Below, one piece after another: positions 1 through 8,325 of a stretch of DNA of 64,000 bases (positions are counted from its first letter, which is position 1; every line of letters starts with the position of its first letter). The position numbers and the translations under genes are program-made. The notes below the pieces were generated by a model. That model ran no database searches, was not told where the DNA came from, and was given only the letters and a program-made list of their open reading frames with translations. Origin of the DNA: a virus. The DNA lies in UHGV virus genome UHGV-1351772. One strand, written 5' to 3'.

Positions 1-646
1 AAGTAATGTCGTCAAATTCAAAATGAATCATTCGACTGCCTTCCACCCTCGTTCCACCTCCTATTATCATGTAAACGCCCGGTTCATAATAGCGTGACGT
101 TATTGGCTCGATTTTCATTTTCGTGCCGTAGAAACGTAGCCACCGATAGTTGTCAGGCTCATCGTAGCGCTGCACAACAACAACACCCAATGTAAATTCA
201 GTGCGCTCACCTCCAGGGCGCATAGTTGGGGGTTTACTATCTAAGCGTATTGGTGTTGTTGAGAAAGCAAAGCCTAATTGCTTTAGTACAACCAAATCTC
301 CTCGCAGCAACGCGCCAACATCGTTTACTGCATACTCTAACGTTACCTCTCCTTTTTCTTTCAATTGGGCGCAAAAGCGAGAAAATTGTTTTCCCGGCAT
401 CAGTTCAGCAAACCCATTGAGATTCGCGCATCTTCCGTATGATTGATACGTCACGTAAACGATAACCCCATGCTCATCAGCGGGGTTTTTCGAAGCATTT
501 AAAATAAAGCTACCGCCACTGGTTTCAGTGACGTGGATAGGCACGCCAGTGTTATTTTCAAACGTAACAAGTTTCCTCAATCCAGACGTTTGACATAACG
601 AGCGTTCAGAGATACTGGGCACCACATCAATATCAAGACGTTTCAT
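1..646 (-). CDS. hypothetical protein, partial (gene runs off window start); possible virion protein
   Basis: Manual translation from ATG at 646 down to base 1 gives an open frame with no stop (MKRLDIDVVPSISERS...); lies after the terminator of the large structural-like gene. Confidence 0.45.
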   Translation of the reverse strand, partial: MKRLDIDVVPSISERSLCQTSGLRKLVTFENNTGVPIHVTETSGGSFILNASKNPADEHGVIVYVTYQSYGRCANLNGFAELMPGKQFSRFCAQLKEKGEVTLEYAVNDVGALLRGDLVVLKQLGFAFSTTPIRLDSKPPTMRPGGERTEFTLGVVVVQRYDEPDNYRWLRFYGTKMKIEPITSRYYEPGVYMIIGGGTRVEGSRMIHFEFDDIT

Positions 647-743
647 GGGAACCCAAGCTAAATTTTAATGATGACACATATCTTTAGTTTAAACTGTATT
701 TTTTCCATACATACTCCTTTAAAACCAACTGGCCGTCTCCCAT

Positions 744-758
744 TAATAATATCTATCC
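744..758. promoter_or_regulatory. palindromic promoter-like motif TAATAATATCTATCC followed by AT-rich box
   Basis: Variant of recurring AGATAATATCT element; intergenic, next to terminator. Confidence 0.4.
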
Positions 759-780
759 AAAAAATAATAGAAAGAAAAAA

Positions 781-816
781 AATAAAAGGTCTAAGCCCCG
801 AAGGGCTTAGACACTT
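781..816. terminator. rho-independent terminator hairpin (UUCG-type loop) with flanking A/T runs
   Basis: ggtctaagccc-cgaa-gggcttagac stem-loop then T-run; sits just after stop of 828..3122. Confidence 0.6.
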
Positions 817-827
817 TTTATTCGGTA

Positions 828-3122
828 TTATTTACCAGCAGCAGCTTTGCCTTCGCCAGCAACGTTACCTGCTACACCACCTTCGGTTTGTTTCTGACCG
901 TTCTGTTCAACAGAAACATTGTAAGCCAGTTTTTCTTCAACCAGTTTGGTGATGCCTTTAACCCAGATCAGACCAGTGATCGGGCAGTGGCAGATGTGCG
1001 CGTTACGTGGCTGTACGGCCAGCTCTTTAGAGGTAGAACCGTTACGCTGAATGTTGATGTTGGTAACCATGATCGGAGACCAGAAGTGGTTACCCCAGTT
1101 CAGCACGTTGTAGGAACCATCGTCCGCAGTCGGAACTTTCAGGAACCATTGCAGACGACGAGTCCAGGAACCGTCAGCTGCGTTGTAGATACGCCAGCGG
1201 TCATCGTTGGTGGTGATCACTTCGTATTCGTAGCGATCGCCCAGCAGACGTTGGTCGCCCTGTACCAGCAGCAGCATAGATGCAGTCGGTTCGTCAGTTG
1301 CAATAACAACTTTCGGCAGAATGTCCGGATCGGCAGTGTACAGACGCAGCGCAGGAATGAAGCGAGATTCCTGGATAGCCTGAGTTACCTGATTACCGAT
1401 ACGCTGTACCAGGCCCTGACGAGCGTTGATCAGTGCATCTTTGGTATCCAGGGACTGTACAACTTCATCAACGTTGTAGTCAGACTCTTTGAACCACGGA
1501 GCAACCCAGTGACGTCCCAGACCACGAATGGCCGGTTTGTCCCACGGAGTGATCATGCTTGCAGCAGCGTTACGTACCGCTTCGGTGTAAGACAGCGTCT
1601 GAGTGATAGCCAGCTGTTCGTTACGGATGTTAACTGCGGAAATCAGGTCGTCCAGACGTTCGGTATCGTCGTATTCAACTCCAACCGGAGACTTGGTCAG
1701 GATCGGAGAACCGTATTGCAGTTTGTAGTTTTCTTGTTCCCAGATTGGGTCAAGCAGCAGACCCTGGGTACGACGGTTTTCGTTGGTACGAGTACCATCG
1801 AAGCGCCAGCCCATCAGTTCAAGTTTCAGACCGTCCAGGATAACTTTGCCGGTACCAGATTTGGTATCAACTTTGTTACCGGTAGCGTCGTACAGACCTT
1901 CGATTTCCAGTTTGTGACCAGCGATGTCAACTTTACCACCGAACTGACCGGTAGTGAACAGAGACATGTTGATGGTGATCACATAACGCAGGGTGTAGGA
2001 GTTCTGACCAAGCGCTTGCAGTGCCGGAATAGCCGCACCAGTCCAGTCGGTAGTTTTCGCGTTCAGAGAGAACGCAGTACGACGGAATTGCAGTACCAGC
2101 TCACGGCCATCACCTTCAGCAGGACGCTGGAAGGTTGCGAACTGCATGTCACGAACGTGCAGTTTGATGAATTTACCTGCTTTTGCTTCTTCGGTCGGTT
2201 TACGTACGGAAATCAGCAGGCTGCCCAGAGCACAACCCGGTGCGATTTCATCAGTTTCGTCGTAACCTTCCTGAACGATACCCGGATGCGCAGACAGCTG
2301 GAACAGGTTCAGAGTGTCTTTAGCAAAGCTCAGGTAGTTAGTCGGGTACGGAGGTACACGACCCAGGCGAACAGATTCGTTCGGTACCAGTTCTTCGCTT
2401 ACGAAGTATTCAGCGTTTTCACCGGTTTCCATTACGTAAGGAACGATGTTGATCGCTTCGTCCTGAAGAACGGTGTGGTCAGTCAGCGCTTCGTGCAGGT
2501 TACGACGATGATCTTCAACAACGTCTTTGGTCAGTAACGCGTGCATGACACCACGAGAAACGGTGGTCACTTTGGTACGTACGGTAATACCAACGTCATT
2601 GGTGTCAACGGTGATGGTCGGGAACAGAGTCTCAGCGAAACGAGACTGAGTTTCCAGAGCACGTACGTTCAGCGTCCAGGTCAGACCCAGGTTTTTGTCG
2701 TAATCTTTGTTGGTGTAGTATTCCTGAGCAACAACCATACGCTCTTTGCCCCAGTCGCCGTTACCAGCTTGGGAACCAGGAATCGCAACGTCCAGGTTAA
2801 AACGGCTATGGAATTCTGGCTTAGCGTATTCTTGCGCTACTTTTTCTTGCAGGTCCATACCGTGACCAGCAGCACCCAGAATCATTGCAGAAGCAACTTC
2901 CGCAGCGTGGGACATTTTCTTGCCGCCAGCAAACGCGTTTGCGTAGTGCTGTGCAGCATCGTCACGCAGGGTACCAAAAACTTTCGTGTTGCTACGTACA
3001 GACTCACCAGCAACGATGGTGTTCCACATTTCGCCAGCACTGTTGTTACTAATGACGCTTTGTACCAGCGAGTTACCAGCTTGTACGAGTTTCTCCAGAT
3101 TAGAGATTCGGGTATCTTTCAT
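828..3122 (-). CDS. major virion structural protein, putative (major capsid or tail sheath)
   Basis: 764-aa ORF with strongly biased, highly-expressed-like codon usage; natural-looking composition; own terminator; size typical of jumbo-phage capsid/sheath proteins; product is inference. Confidence 0.55.
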   Translation of the reverse strand: MKDTRISNLEKLVQAGNSLVQSVISNNSAGEMWNTIVAGESVRSNTKVFGTLRDDAAQHYANAFAGGKKMSHAAEVASAMILGAAGHGMDLQEKVAQEYAKPEFHSRFNLDVAIPGSQAGNGDWGKERMVVAQEYYTNKDYDKNLGLTWTLNVRALETQSRFAETLFPTITVDTNDVGITVRTKVTTVSRGVMHALLTKDVVEDHRRNLHEALTDHTVLQDEAINIVPYVMETGENAEYFVSEELVPNESVRLGRVPPYPTNYLSFAKDTLNLFQLSAHPGIVQEGYDETDEIAPGCALGSLLISVRKPTEEAKAGKFIKLHVRDMQFATFQRPAEGDGRELVLQFRRTAFSLNAKTTDWTGAAIPALQALGQNSYTLRYVITINMSLFTTGQFGGKVDIAGHKLEIEGLYDATGNKVDTKSGTGKVILDGLKLELMGWRFDGTRTNENRRTQGLLLDPIWEQENYKLQYGSPILTKSPVGVEYDDTERLDDLISAVNIRNEQLAITQTLSYTEAVRNAAASMITPWDKPAIRGLGRHWVAPWFKESDYNVDEVVQSLDTKDALINARQGLVQRIGNQVTQAIQESRFIPALRLYTADPDILPKVVIATDEPTASMLLLVQGDQRLLGDRYEYEVITTNDDRWRIYNAADGSWTRRLQWFLKVPTADDGSYNVLNWGNHFWSPIMVTNINIQRNGSTSKELAVQPRNAHICHCPITGLIWVKGITKLVEEKLAYNVSVEQNGQKQTEGGVAGNVAGEGKAAAGK

Positions 3123-3134
3123 TTGTTTAATACC

Positions 3135-3659
3135 TTAATGAGATAAATGACATGCGTATAATTGCGTCAGCACTTCGTTAGCGGCAAACTGCGTTGAGGT
3201 ACTGAAGCAGTCATCCACGACGCGAGTCTTGGTACGCATATATTTAAAAAGTTCTGCGCAGAACATCTTTTTCGCAGCGTGGTCTTCACCCGAAGAAAAA
3301 CCCGAACCGGACTTCGCTTCTGCAAATGACGCCACAATCGTATCACCACGTTGAGTAAACACCCAACGTACGCGACAAGGAATTGTTTCCCCATATAAAT
3401 CGTCAAGGGAAACCTTTTCGCCTGATTCGACCAGACGTAACACCTGATCATAATATTTACCTGGAAGCACAGGCGGAGCCATTAACGCTTTATAAATAGC
3501 AGAACGACTTACTTCAGGTAAGATAATAGAACTGAAACCATTCGGACAGTCATATAACCAGTTAAAGAACCCTGCCTGGAGCAATTCTATACTTTTAACG
3601 GCAGCGCCTTTATCTATGTTAGGTTGAACTTCCCACGGTGGACTAAAACGAATTTGCAT
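3135..3659 (-). CDS. hypothetical protein
   Basis: 174-aa ORF, same strand as and tightly spaced with neighbours. Confidence 0.5.
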   Translation of the reverse strand: MQIRFSPPWEVQPNIDKGAAVKSIELLQAGFFNWLYDCPNGFSSIILPEVSRSAIYKALMAPPVLPGKYYDQVLRLVESGEKVSLDDLYGETIPCRVRWVFTQRGDTIVASFAEAKSGSGFSSGEDHAAKKMFCAELFKYMRTKTRVVDDCFSTSTQFAANEVLTQLYACHLSH

Positions 3660-3672
3660 TTAAGGATGCTCC

Positions 3673-5235
3673 ATGAATAACAAAATGATGTTGATAACCG
3701 CCTTAGCCACATTATACGCTGAAAGTCTTCTGACCGATCCTGAAAAGGACCACGACATCATAAGAAAAGTGCTGTTAGAGGCTAAGCTTCCTGATTACGC
3801 AGAAGAAGGTGACGAACGTGCCGCCCTCGTCGAAATCAAGGATATCATCACATCCATCATAGACGGCGGTATGCCTTACGACCACACAAACGTCATGAAA
3901 CGTTTGAAACTGGCCACTACGCAAATACGTCCTCTATACGATACGATTACCAAATTCCTGGAAGATGATATTCCAGAAGAACCAGAAGCACGCATCGAGC
4001 ATCTTAATCGCCAAGTAGCACAATACTACTTTCAGTTACGTCAAGCTATTCAAGGCGTACAACTGAAACAAAAATTGGGTCGTACGTTAGGCGCACTGAA
4101 CGGCACTGAAACGCGTGTTGATTTACAAACGGCGCTCAACGACCTTAAGGATACCTTATCCACGTTCAGTGAACGCTCTCATAATAAGATTCCTTCTCTG
4201 GTAGGGGAATTGATTACTGATAATAAAGCACCTTTCGTGCATGTATTCGACTCTATCAGTAAGAAAGCGGCAGGGAACGGGTTGCGTACGGGGTGGAAAG
4301 CAATTAACCAAATGCTCGGTTGTAACAAAGGGATCACCGAAGAACTCTGGCTGATGCCTGCTCTTCCCTTTAACTGTAAATCATTATTCAGTTTATTGCT
4401 CTCTATTAGCATTCCTGTATTCAACACTCCAGAAAAGGTGATGGCGAATGTTAAAGGTGACCTACAACCGGTTATTCTGGATTTAAGTTTAGAAAACGAA
4501 TTGGATGTTAACTTGGCTTACGCGTATCAAGCACTTTACGGACACTTTGAAGGTACAGCTCCGGTAATGGTTGCACCTGAAACGGCAACTGACGAAGAAA
4601 AAGCGCTACACAATGCACAAATGTCAGATTACCTCTGTAGTAAAATGCGGGCAAACGGTTGGGAGTATATTTTCCAAAAACACACAAACTCCGATTTTAA
4701 AATTCACTATTTGAATGATTTGATTTTAGATTTAAAACGTCGAGGTTATCATGTAGCTGGAATACGCGGAGACTATTTCGGTACTATCAGCAAAGCAGGA
4801 CACGGTAACGGCATTGCGGGTAGTGACATTAAAGAAATTTATCGTATCGCGCGAAACATCCAAGTGGTACGTAATCGTGGTTTCCTCTTAGCACCACACC
4901 AAATCTCACCTGAAGGCAAAAAATTAAAAGCACTCGACCCAGCAAGTTTCTGTAAGAGCTTACCTGGTCGTGGTCTTTACGACAACTGCTCTAGCTTAGA
5001 CAACGAAGCTGACGGTGAGATGTATTTTAACAAACGTGTCGTCAGCGGACACAGCTATTTAGAAGTACAACGCGGTAAACACCGTACCATTATTGATACC
5101 AAAGAAGCTTATCATTATACTGTAATACCTTTCCGTGATGTTGGCATTTTGCCATGGGATTGTGATAAAGAAGAAACTGTAACAGCCTCGTCGATTAACG
5201 TATTTACCGGCGGCATGGGTGACGAACTCTTTTGA
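3673..5235 (+). CDS. hypothetical protein
   Basis: 520-aa ORF divergent from 3659; followed by hairpin terminator at 5236..5262. Confidence 0.6.
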   Translation: MNNKMMLITALATLYAESLLTDPEKDHDIIRKVLLEAKLPDYAEEGDERAALVEIKDIITSIIDGGMPYDHTNVMKRLKLATTQIRPLYDTITKFLEDDIPEEPEARIEHLNRQVAQYYFQLRQAIQGVQLKQKLGRTLGALNGTETRVDLQTALNDLKDTLSTFSERSHNKIPSLVGELITDNKAPFVHVFDSISKKAAGNGLRTGWKAINQMLGCNKGITEELWLMPALPFNCKSLFSLLLSISIPVFNTPEKVMANVKGDLQPVILDLSLENELDVNLAYAYQALYGHFEGTAPVMVAPETATDEEKALHNAQMSDYLCSKMRANGWEYIFQKHTNSDFKIHYLNDLILDLKRRGYHVAGIRGDYFGTISKAGHGNGIAGSDIKEIYRIARNIQVVRNRGFLLAPHQISPEGKKLKALDPASFCKSLPGRGLYDNCSSLDNEADGEMYFNKRVVSGHSYLEVQRGKHRTIIDTKEAYHYTVIPFRDVGILPWDCDKEETVTASSINVFTGGMGDELF

Positions 5236-5262
5236 GTCTGGGGAGCTTCGGCTCCCCCTTAT
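5236..5262 (+). terminator. rho-independent terminator
   Basis: ggggagc-ttcg-gctcccc hairpin directly after stop of 3673..5235. Confidence 0.5.
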
Positions 5263-5378
5263 GACCCCTTATGCGTCTCGAAAAACAAAAAAAAACAGAA
5301 GGCTATTAATTATGAACGGGAAACAACTACTGAACTAAGTAGGGGGTGGTGACAACACCCCCTTTATTAGTTAGTAAC

Positions 5379-5540
5379 TTATCTCCTTACAGGTGGTTGG
5401 TGAACATTGTGGTTGTTAACCGTTTTCGGTGCCGCAACGAGGCCGAGACGAACATATTCGTCCATGCGTTGGTTAAACTGAATTTGTTTTTCACGATTTC
5501 GCATCGCGGTATTGGACATCTGTATTTGATATTCGTTCAT
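5379..5540 (-). CDS. small protein, paralog 1 of 3 (about 53 aa)
   Basis: Below ORF-track size cutoff; manual translation MNEYQIQMSNTAMRNREKQIQFNQRMDEYVRLGLVAAPK...; shares xFNxRxxExxxLGL core with 5695..5865; RBS-like aaagg upstream. Confidence 0.4.
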   Translation of the reverse strand: MNEYQIQMSNTAMRNREKQIQFNQRMDEYVRLGLVAAPKTVNNHNVHQPPVRR

Positions 5541-5600
5541 TTTTCATTACCTTTCGTAATGTTGTAAAAACGTCAACAACTTTATGTGTTGACACCGTAC

Positions 5601-5690
5601 AGCAGAGACTGTTCCGCCAGTCTCTGCTGCTTTAACTTCTCTTTCGAAAAGTTAAAGCTATGAAAAGGGGTGCTTCACCACCCCTTTATT
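5601..5690 (-). repeat. three-hairpin RNA module, copy 1
   Basis: Tandem stem-loops: cagcagagactg/cagtctctgctg, gctttaac...gttaaagc (loop ttctctttcgaaaa), ggggtg/cacccc + T-run. Confidence 0.55.
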
Positions 5691-5694
5691 TTAT

Positions 5695-5865
5695 TTAGTA
5701 GTTACTTCTCCTTTCGGTGAAGATTTGTACTCGAGGATTATTAGAAGGTTTAAGCCTTTTATTTAATCCTAGCTGTTGAACTTCTCTTAATCGTTCATTA
5801 AACCTCGCTTGTTCTGCATAGCTGTTTGAGATAGAAGTAAAGATACGTGTATTGTTGTTAGTCAT
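5695..5865 (-). CDS. small protein, paralog 2 of 3 (about 56 aa)
   Basis: Manual translation MTNNNTRIFTSISNSYAEQARFNERLREVQQLGLNKRL...; similar core to paralog 1. Confidence 0.4.
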   Translation of the reverse strand: MTNNNTRIFTSISNSYAEQARFNERLREVQQLGLNKRLKPSNNPRVQIFTERRSNY

Positions 5866-5922
5866 GTTAAAACCTCACACGAGTTGGGGATTAAGCTATT
5901 ACGCGGGTGTAATAGCAACAAG

Positions 5923-6005
5923 TAGGGACTGTACCGGCAGTCCCTACTGCTTTATCTTCTCTTTCGAAAAGATAAAGCGCCTATGGGGAGTGTTGGCGCA
6001 CTCCC
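5923..6005 (-). repeat. three-hairpin RNA module, copy 2
   Basis: Same architecture as copy 1; middle hairpin gctttatc...gataaagc has the identical loop with compensatory stem change (aac/gtt to atc/gat). Confidence 0.55.
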
Positions 6006-6015
6006 CTTTAGGTTG

Positions 6016-6168
6016 TTACCTCCTCTCAACTGCCAACTGGGTGTTTCTTGAATATGCAACTTTGGGCTGTGTTAACGTTGGTTGCGCTATTTCACTAACC
6101 CTTCGCTGAAACTCAAGTTGTTTTGTTGACAACTCGTTTAACCGTCGAAACAGCAGTTCATGTTTCAT
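6016..6168 (-). CDS. small protein, paralog 3 of 3 (about 50 aa)
   Basis: Manual translation MKHELLFRRLNELSTKQLEFQRRVSEIAQ...; weaker similarity to paralogs 1 and 2. Confidence 0.3.
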   Translation of the reverse strand: MKHELLFRRLNELSTKQLEFQRRVSEIAQPTLTQPKVAYSRNTQLAVERR

Positions 6169-6244
6169 GAACTCATCACCTATGTCGATTTTGCGAAAAT
6201 AAATAAAGTGTACCCCTAATCCTTTTCGGGATTAGGGGTTGCTT

Positions 6245-7060
6245 TTATTTAGTCGCTACGTATTGAACATGGCCACATTCCTTACATTCCACGTTGGCTT
6301 TCGGGATTGTCAGGCCGGTTAAAGGAACACGTATTTGGTACTGTGCTCCACATTCTTCACAAACAAAATCGTGTTCTGGATAAACACGACCTTCTAATTT
6401 CTCTTCTTTCCTTAGTGTGCCTGCTAAGAACAGCATCGCACCTAACGCTTCATTAATCTGCTGTTCCCATTCTCCGTCTAACGGGTAAGCGAACGCACGA
6501 GTCAACGTTTCCACCATCTCTGGAGTATTACTTACATAAACGTGTTTCAGTTCAAACTCAACACGCTGTAAGCCAAACAATACGCGTGCTGTTACAGTAA
6601 CATTATCCAACGTTTGTGCAAATACAACGGGATTATCGTCGCCGTACATCGCGAATAACGCAGCACGTTCGTATTCGATATCACTCCACTCGATTAGTTC
6701 TACAGATTTAATCTCTTCCGCAATCGTAGCATTACCGAACGTTTCATGTTCCAATAATCCGACGATAACTTCATTCAACGATTTCAATTGCTGTAAACGA
6801 ATCACAGGATCGGTGTTCACGATAAGCAAACGATGCATTCTGGATTTCAACCAATTAATCGTTCCTTCTACACCGCCCCCAAACGAGCAGATGCTTATCA
6901 CTTCAGGTTCGCGAAGGATAAGAGTGGATTTTCCTGCTGCCGTACTCAAGTAGAGTTTAAAAGACTTATCGCTGGACTCTGCAACGATGGCAATGTCTTC
7001 AGTTGGAACAAAGTTTTCATTGCTCAGTCCACGCGGAAAATAATCTTTAATGGTAATCAT
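6245..7060 (-). CDS. hypothetical protein with C-terminal CxxC...CxxC zinc-ribbon; possible P-loop-like segment
   Basis: 271 aa; CEECG...CKECG near C-terminus; STAAGKST segment resembles a deviant Walker A but is not canonical. Confidence 0.5.
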   Translation of the reverse strand: MITIKDYFPRGLSNENFVPTEDIAIVAESSDKSFKLYLSTAAGKSTLILREPEVISICSFGGGVEGTINWLKSRMHRLLIVNTDPVIRLQQLKSLNEVIVGLLEHETFGNATIAEEIKSVELIEWSDIEYERAALFAMYGDDNPVVFAQTLDNVTVTARVLFGLQRVEFELKHVYVSNTPEMVETLTRAFAYPLDGEWEQQINEALGAMLFLAGTLRKEEKLEGRVYPEHDFVCEECGAQYQIRVPLTGLTIPKANVECKECGHVQYVATK

Positions 7061-7113
7061 CTTTTATGCTCCAATTAATAAAAAATTAAGGGCACCCGAA
7101 GGTGCCTTATACA

Positions 7114-7257
7114 TTAACCACGACCAGTGCACTGTGCAACGGAGTTACCGTTGTCGATGCAAGTGTCGTAGCCTTTGTCGATGTCCAGATACAGGCAACC
7201 CAGAACAACAGCGATAACAACAGCGAAAATAGCTTTTTTGTGTTTTACAGAAATCAT
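7114..7257 (-). CDS. small putative lipoprotein (47 aa)
   Basis: Manual translation MISVKHKKAIFAVVIAVVLGCLYLDIDKGYDTCIDNGNSVAQCTGRG; hydrophobic signal-like segment ending in lipobox-like VLGC; followed by hairpin terminator 7089..7105. Confidence 0.45.
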   Translation of the reverse strand: MISVKHKKAIFAVVIAVVLGCLYLDIDKGYDTCIDNGNSVAQCTGRG

Positions 7258-7460
7258 GATATAACTCCTAATTAGGTATTCGATAAATGAGTATTACGTA
7301 AACTCTCACCTAGGTAATATATATCTGAAATCTTTTTGAATCCATATACCCTCTAGAACGCTCTAAAACGCATTCTGACGCAATTTTCTTTTTAAAGGGT
7401 AATTAGTCGTCTTAGCGGTTAAATGACTTCTGCGTGTCGTTTAGGAATAAATAAAAGGTA

Positions 7461-7494
7461 TTCCCGTTACCCATAGAGGTAACGGGAAGTTTTT
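7461..7494. terminator. rho-independent terminator
   Basis: ttcccgttacc-catagag-gtaacgggaa hairpin plus T-run just after stop of 7493..8299. Confidence 0.55.
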
Positions 7495-8299
7495 ACAGAC
7501 CTTGCATCTTATCCATTACAGCGATTTCAGGATCGTTAATGCCCGTCTTCGAAGAAATCATAAAGCGCTTATCGCTAATAGCTTCTACAGATTCGCGAAT
7601 AAACAATGACTTTTCTTCCGCAACAGGGAGAATAGAATCGTTATCCTGCGGACCCACAAGCTGACAACTGAATGGCACATAGCTGTTGAAAGTCACATAA
7701 GGACCTAACTGCAAGACCGGATACACTTCATTAAAGTTATTTGATGTACCGCTGTCTGTAGAAATAACAGAATAGCGCACCACCGCACGAACCGCTGTTG
7801 TGTATTCAGGATCGCGGGCTTCACCCACCACGGTAAAACGAAACGCATTGAAGTCGTAGTCTTCCGACTCACTAAAGTGTGAAGGGAGAATACGTTCAAT
7901 ATACTGAGGATAGGTTTCTTGTTGCCCTGGAATAACCGCTGCAGCTAATTTCTGAGCATAGAAGTAACAATAAGCAAAGCCGTATTGCGCTTCTAAAGCA
8001 CCAGACACCACGGCAGTTGTGATCGCGTGCAGGAACAACAAATGGCCTAACGTCCCTTTTTCTTCGATTGGTAATAAGCGACAATTCTGTACACCGTCTA
8101 CGGTATAAATAACAGAAATCGTTTTGTCAGCACTGGACGCCATGATGTAGTCCAACTGGCGTTGTTCGCCACCAGGAATAACATTAAGGCAACGTTCTAA
8201 CAACTTCGACGGTTTCGAAAAATTCTCTTCTTCGAACTTGTCGATTTGAATTAACGTTTGGCCAGACATTCTGAAAGTAAGTAGATTACTCATTAACAA
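7493..8299 (-). CDS. hypothetical protein
   Basis: 268-aa ORF. Confidence 0.55.
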   Translation of the reverse strand: MLMSNLLTFRMSGQTLIQIDKFEEENFSKPSKLLERCLNVIPGGEQRQLDYIMASSADKTISVIYTVDGVQNCRLLPIEEKGTLGHLLFLHAITTAVVSGALEAQYGFAYCYFYAQKLAAAVIPGQQETYPQYIERILPSHFSESEDYDFNAFRFTVVGEARDPEYTTAVRAVVRYSVISTDSGTSNNFNEVYPVLQLGPYVTFNSYVPFSCQLVGPQDNDSILPVAEEKSLFIRESVEAISDKRFMISSKTGINDPEIAVMDKMQGL

Positions 8300-8325
8300 A
8301 TCCTTTAGGTTACGGACGACATAAT

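Noticed and set aside
888-2537. 549-aa plus-strand ORF (and 2541..3146) overlapping the large structural-like gene
   Set aside because: Antisense shadow of the codon-biased minus-strand gene 828..3122; composition is unnatural, with no RBS or terminator context
5600-6010. Possible CRISPR array or tRNA genes in the repeated hairpin region
   Set aside because: Only two repeat copies with no regular repeat-spacer periodicity; hairpins do not form a tRNA cloverleaf and the ttcgaa lies in a loop, not a T-arm
6245-7060. Thymidine kinase call based on AAGKST segment and C-terminal zinc ribbon
   Set aside because: Walker A is non-canonical (Leu at the position normally Gly/Ala) and protein length and motif placement are atypical; left as hypothetical
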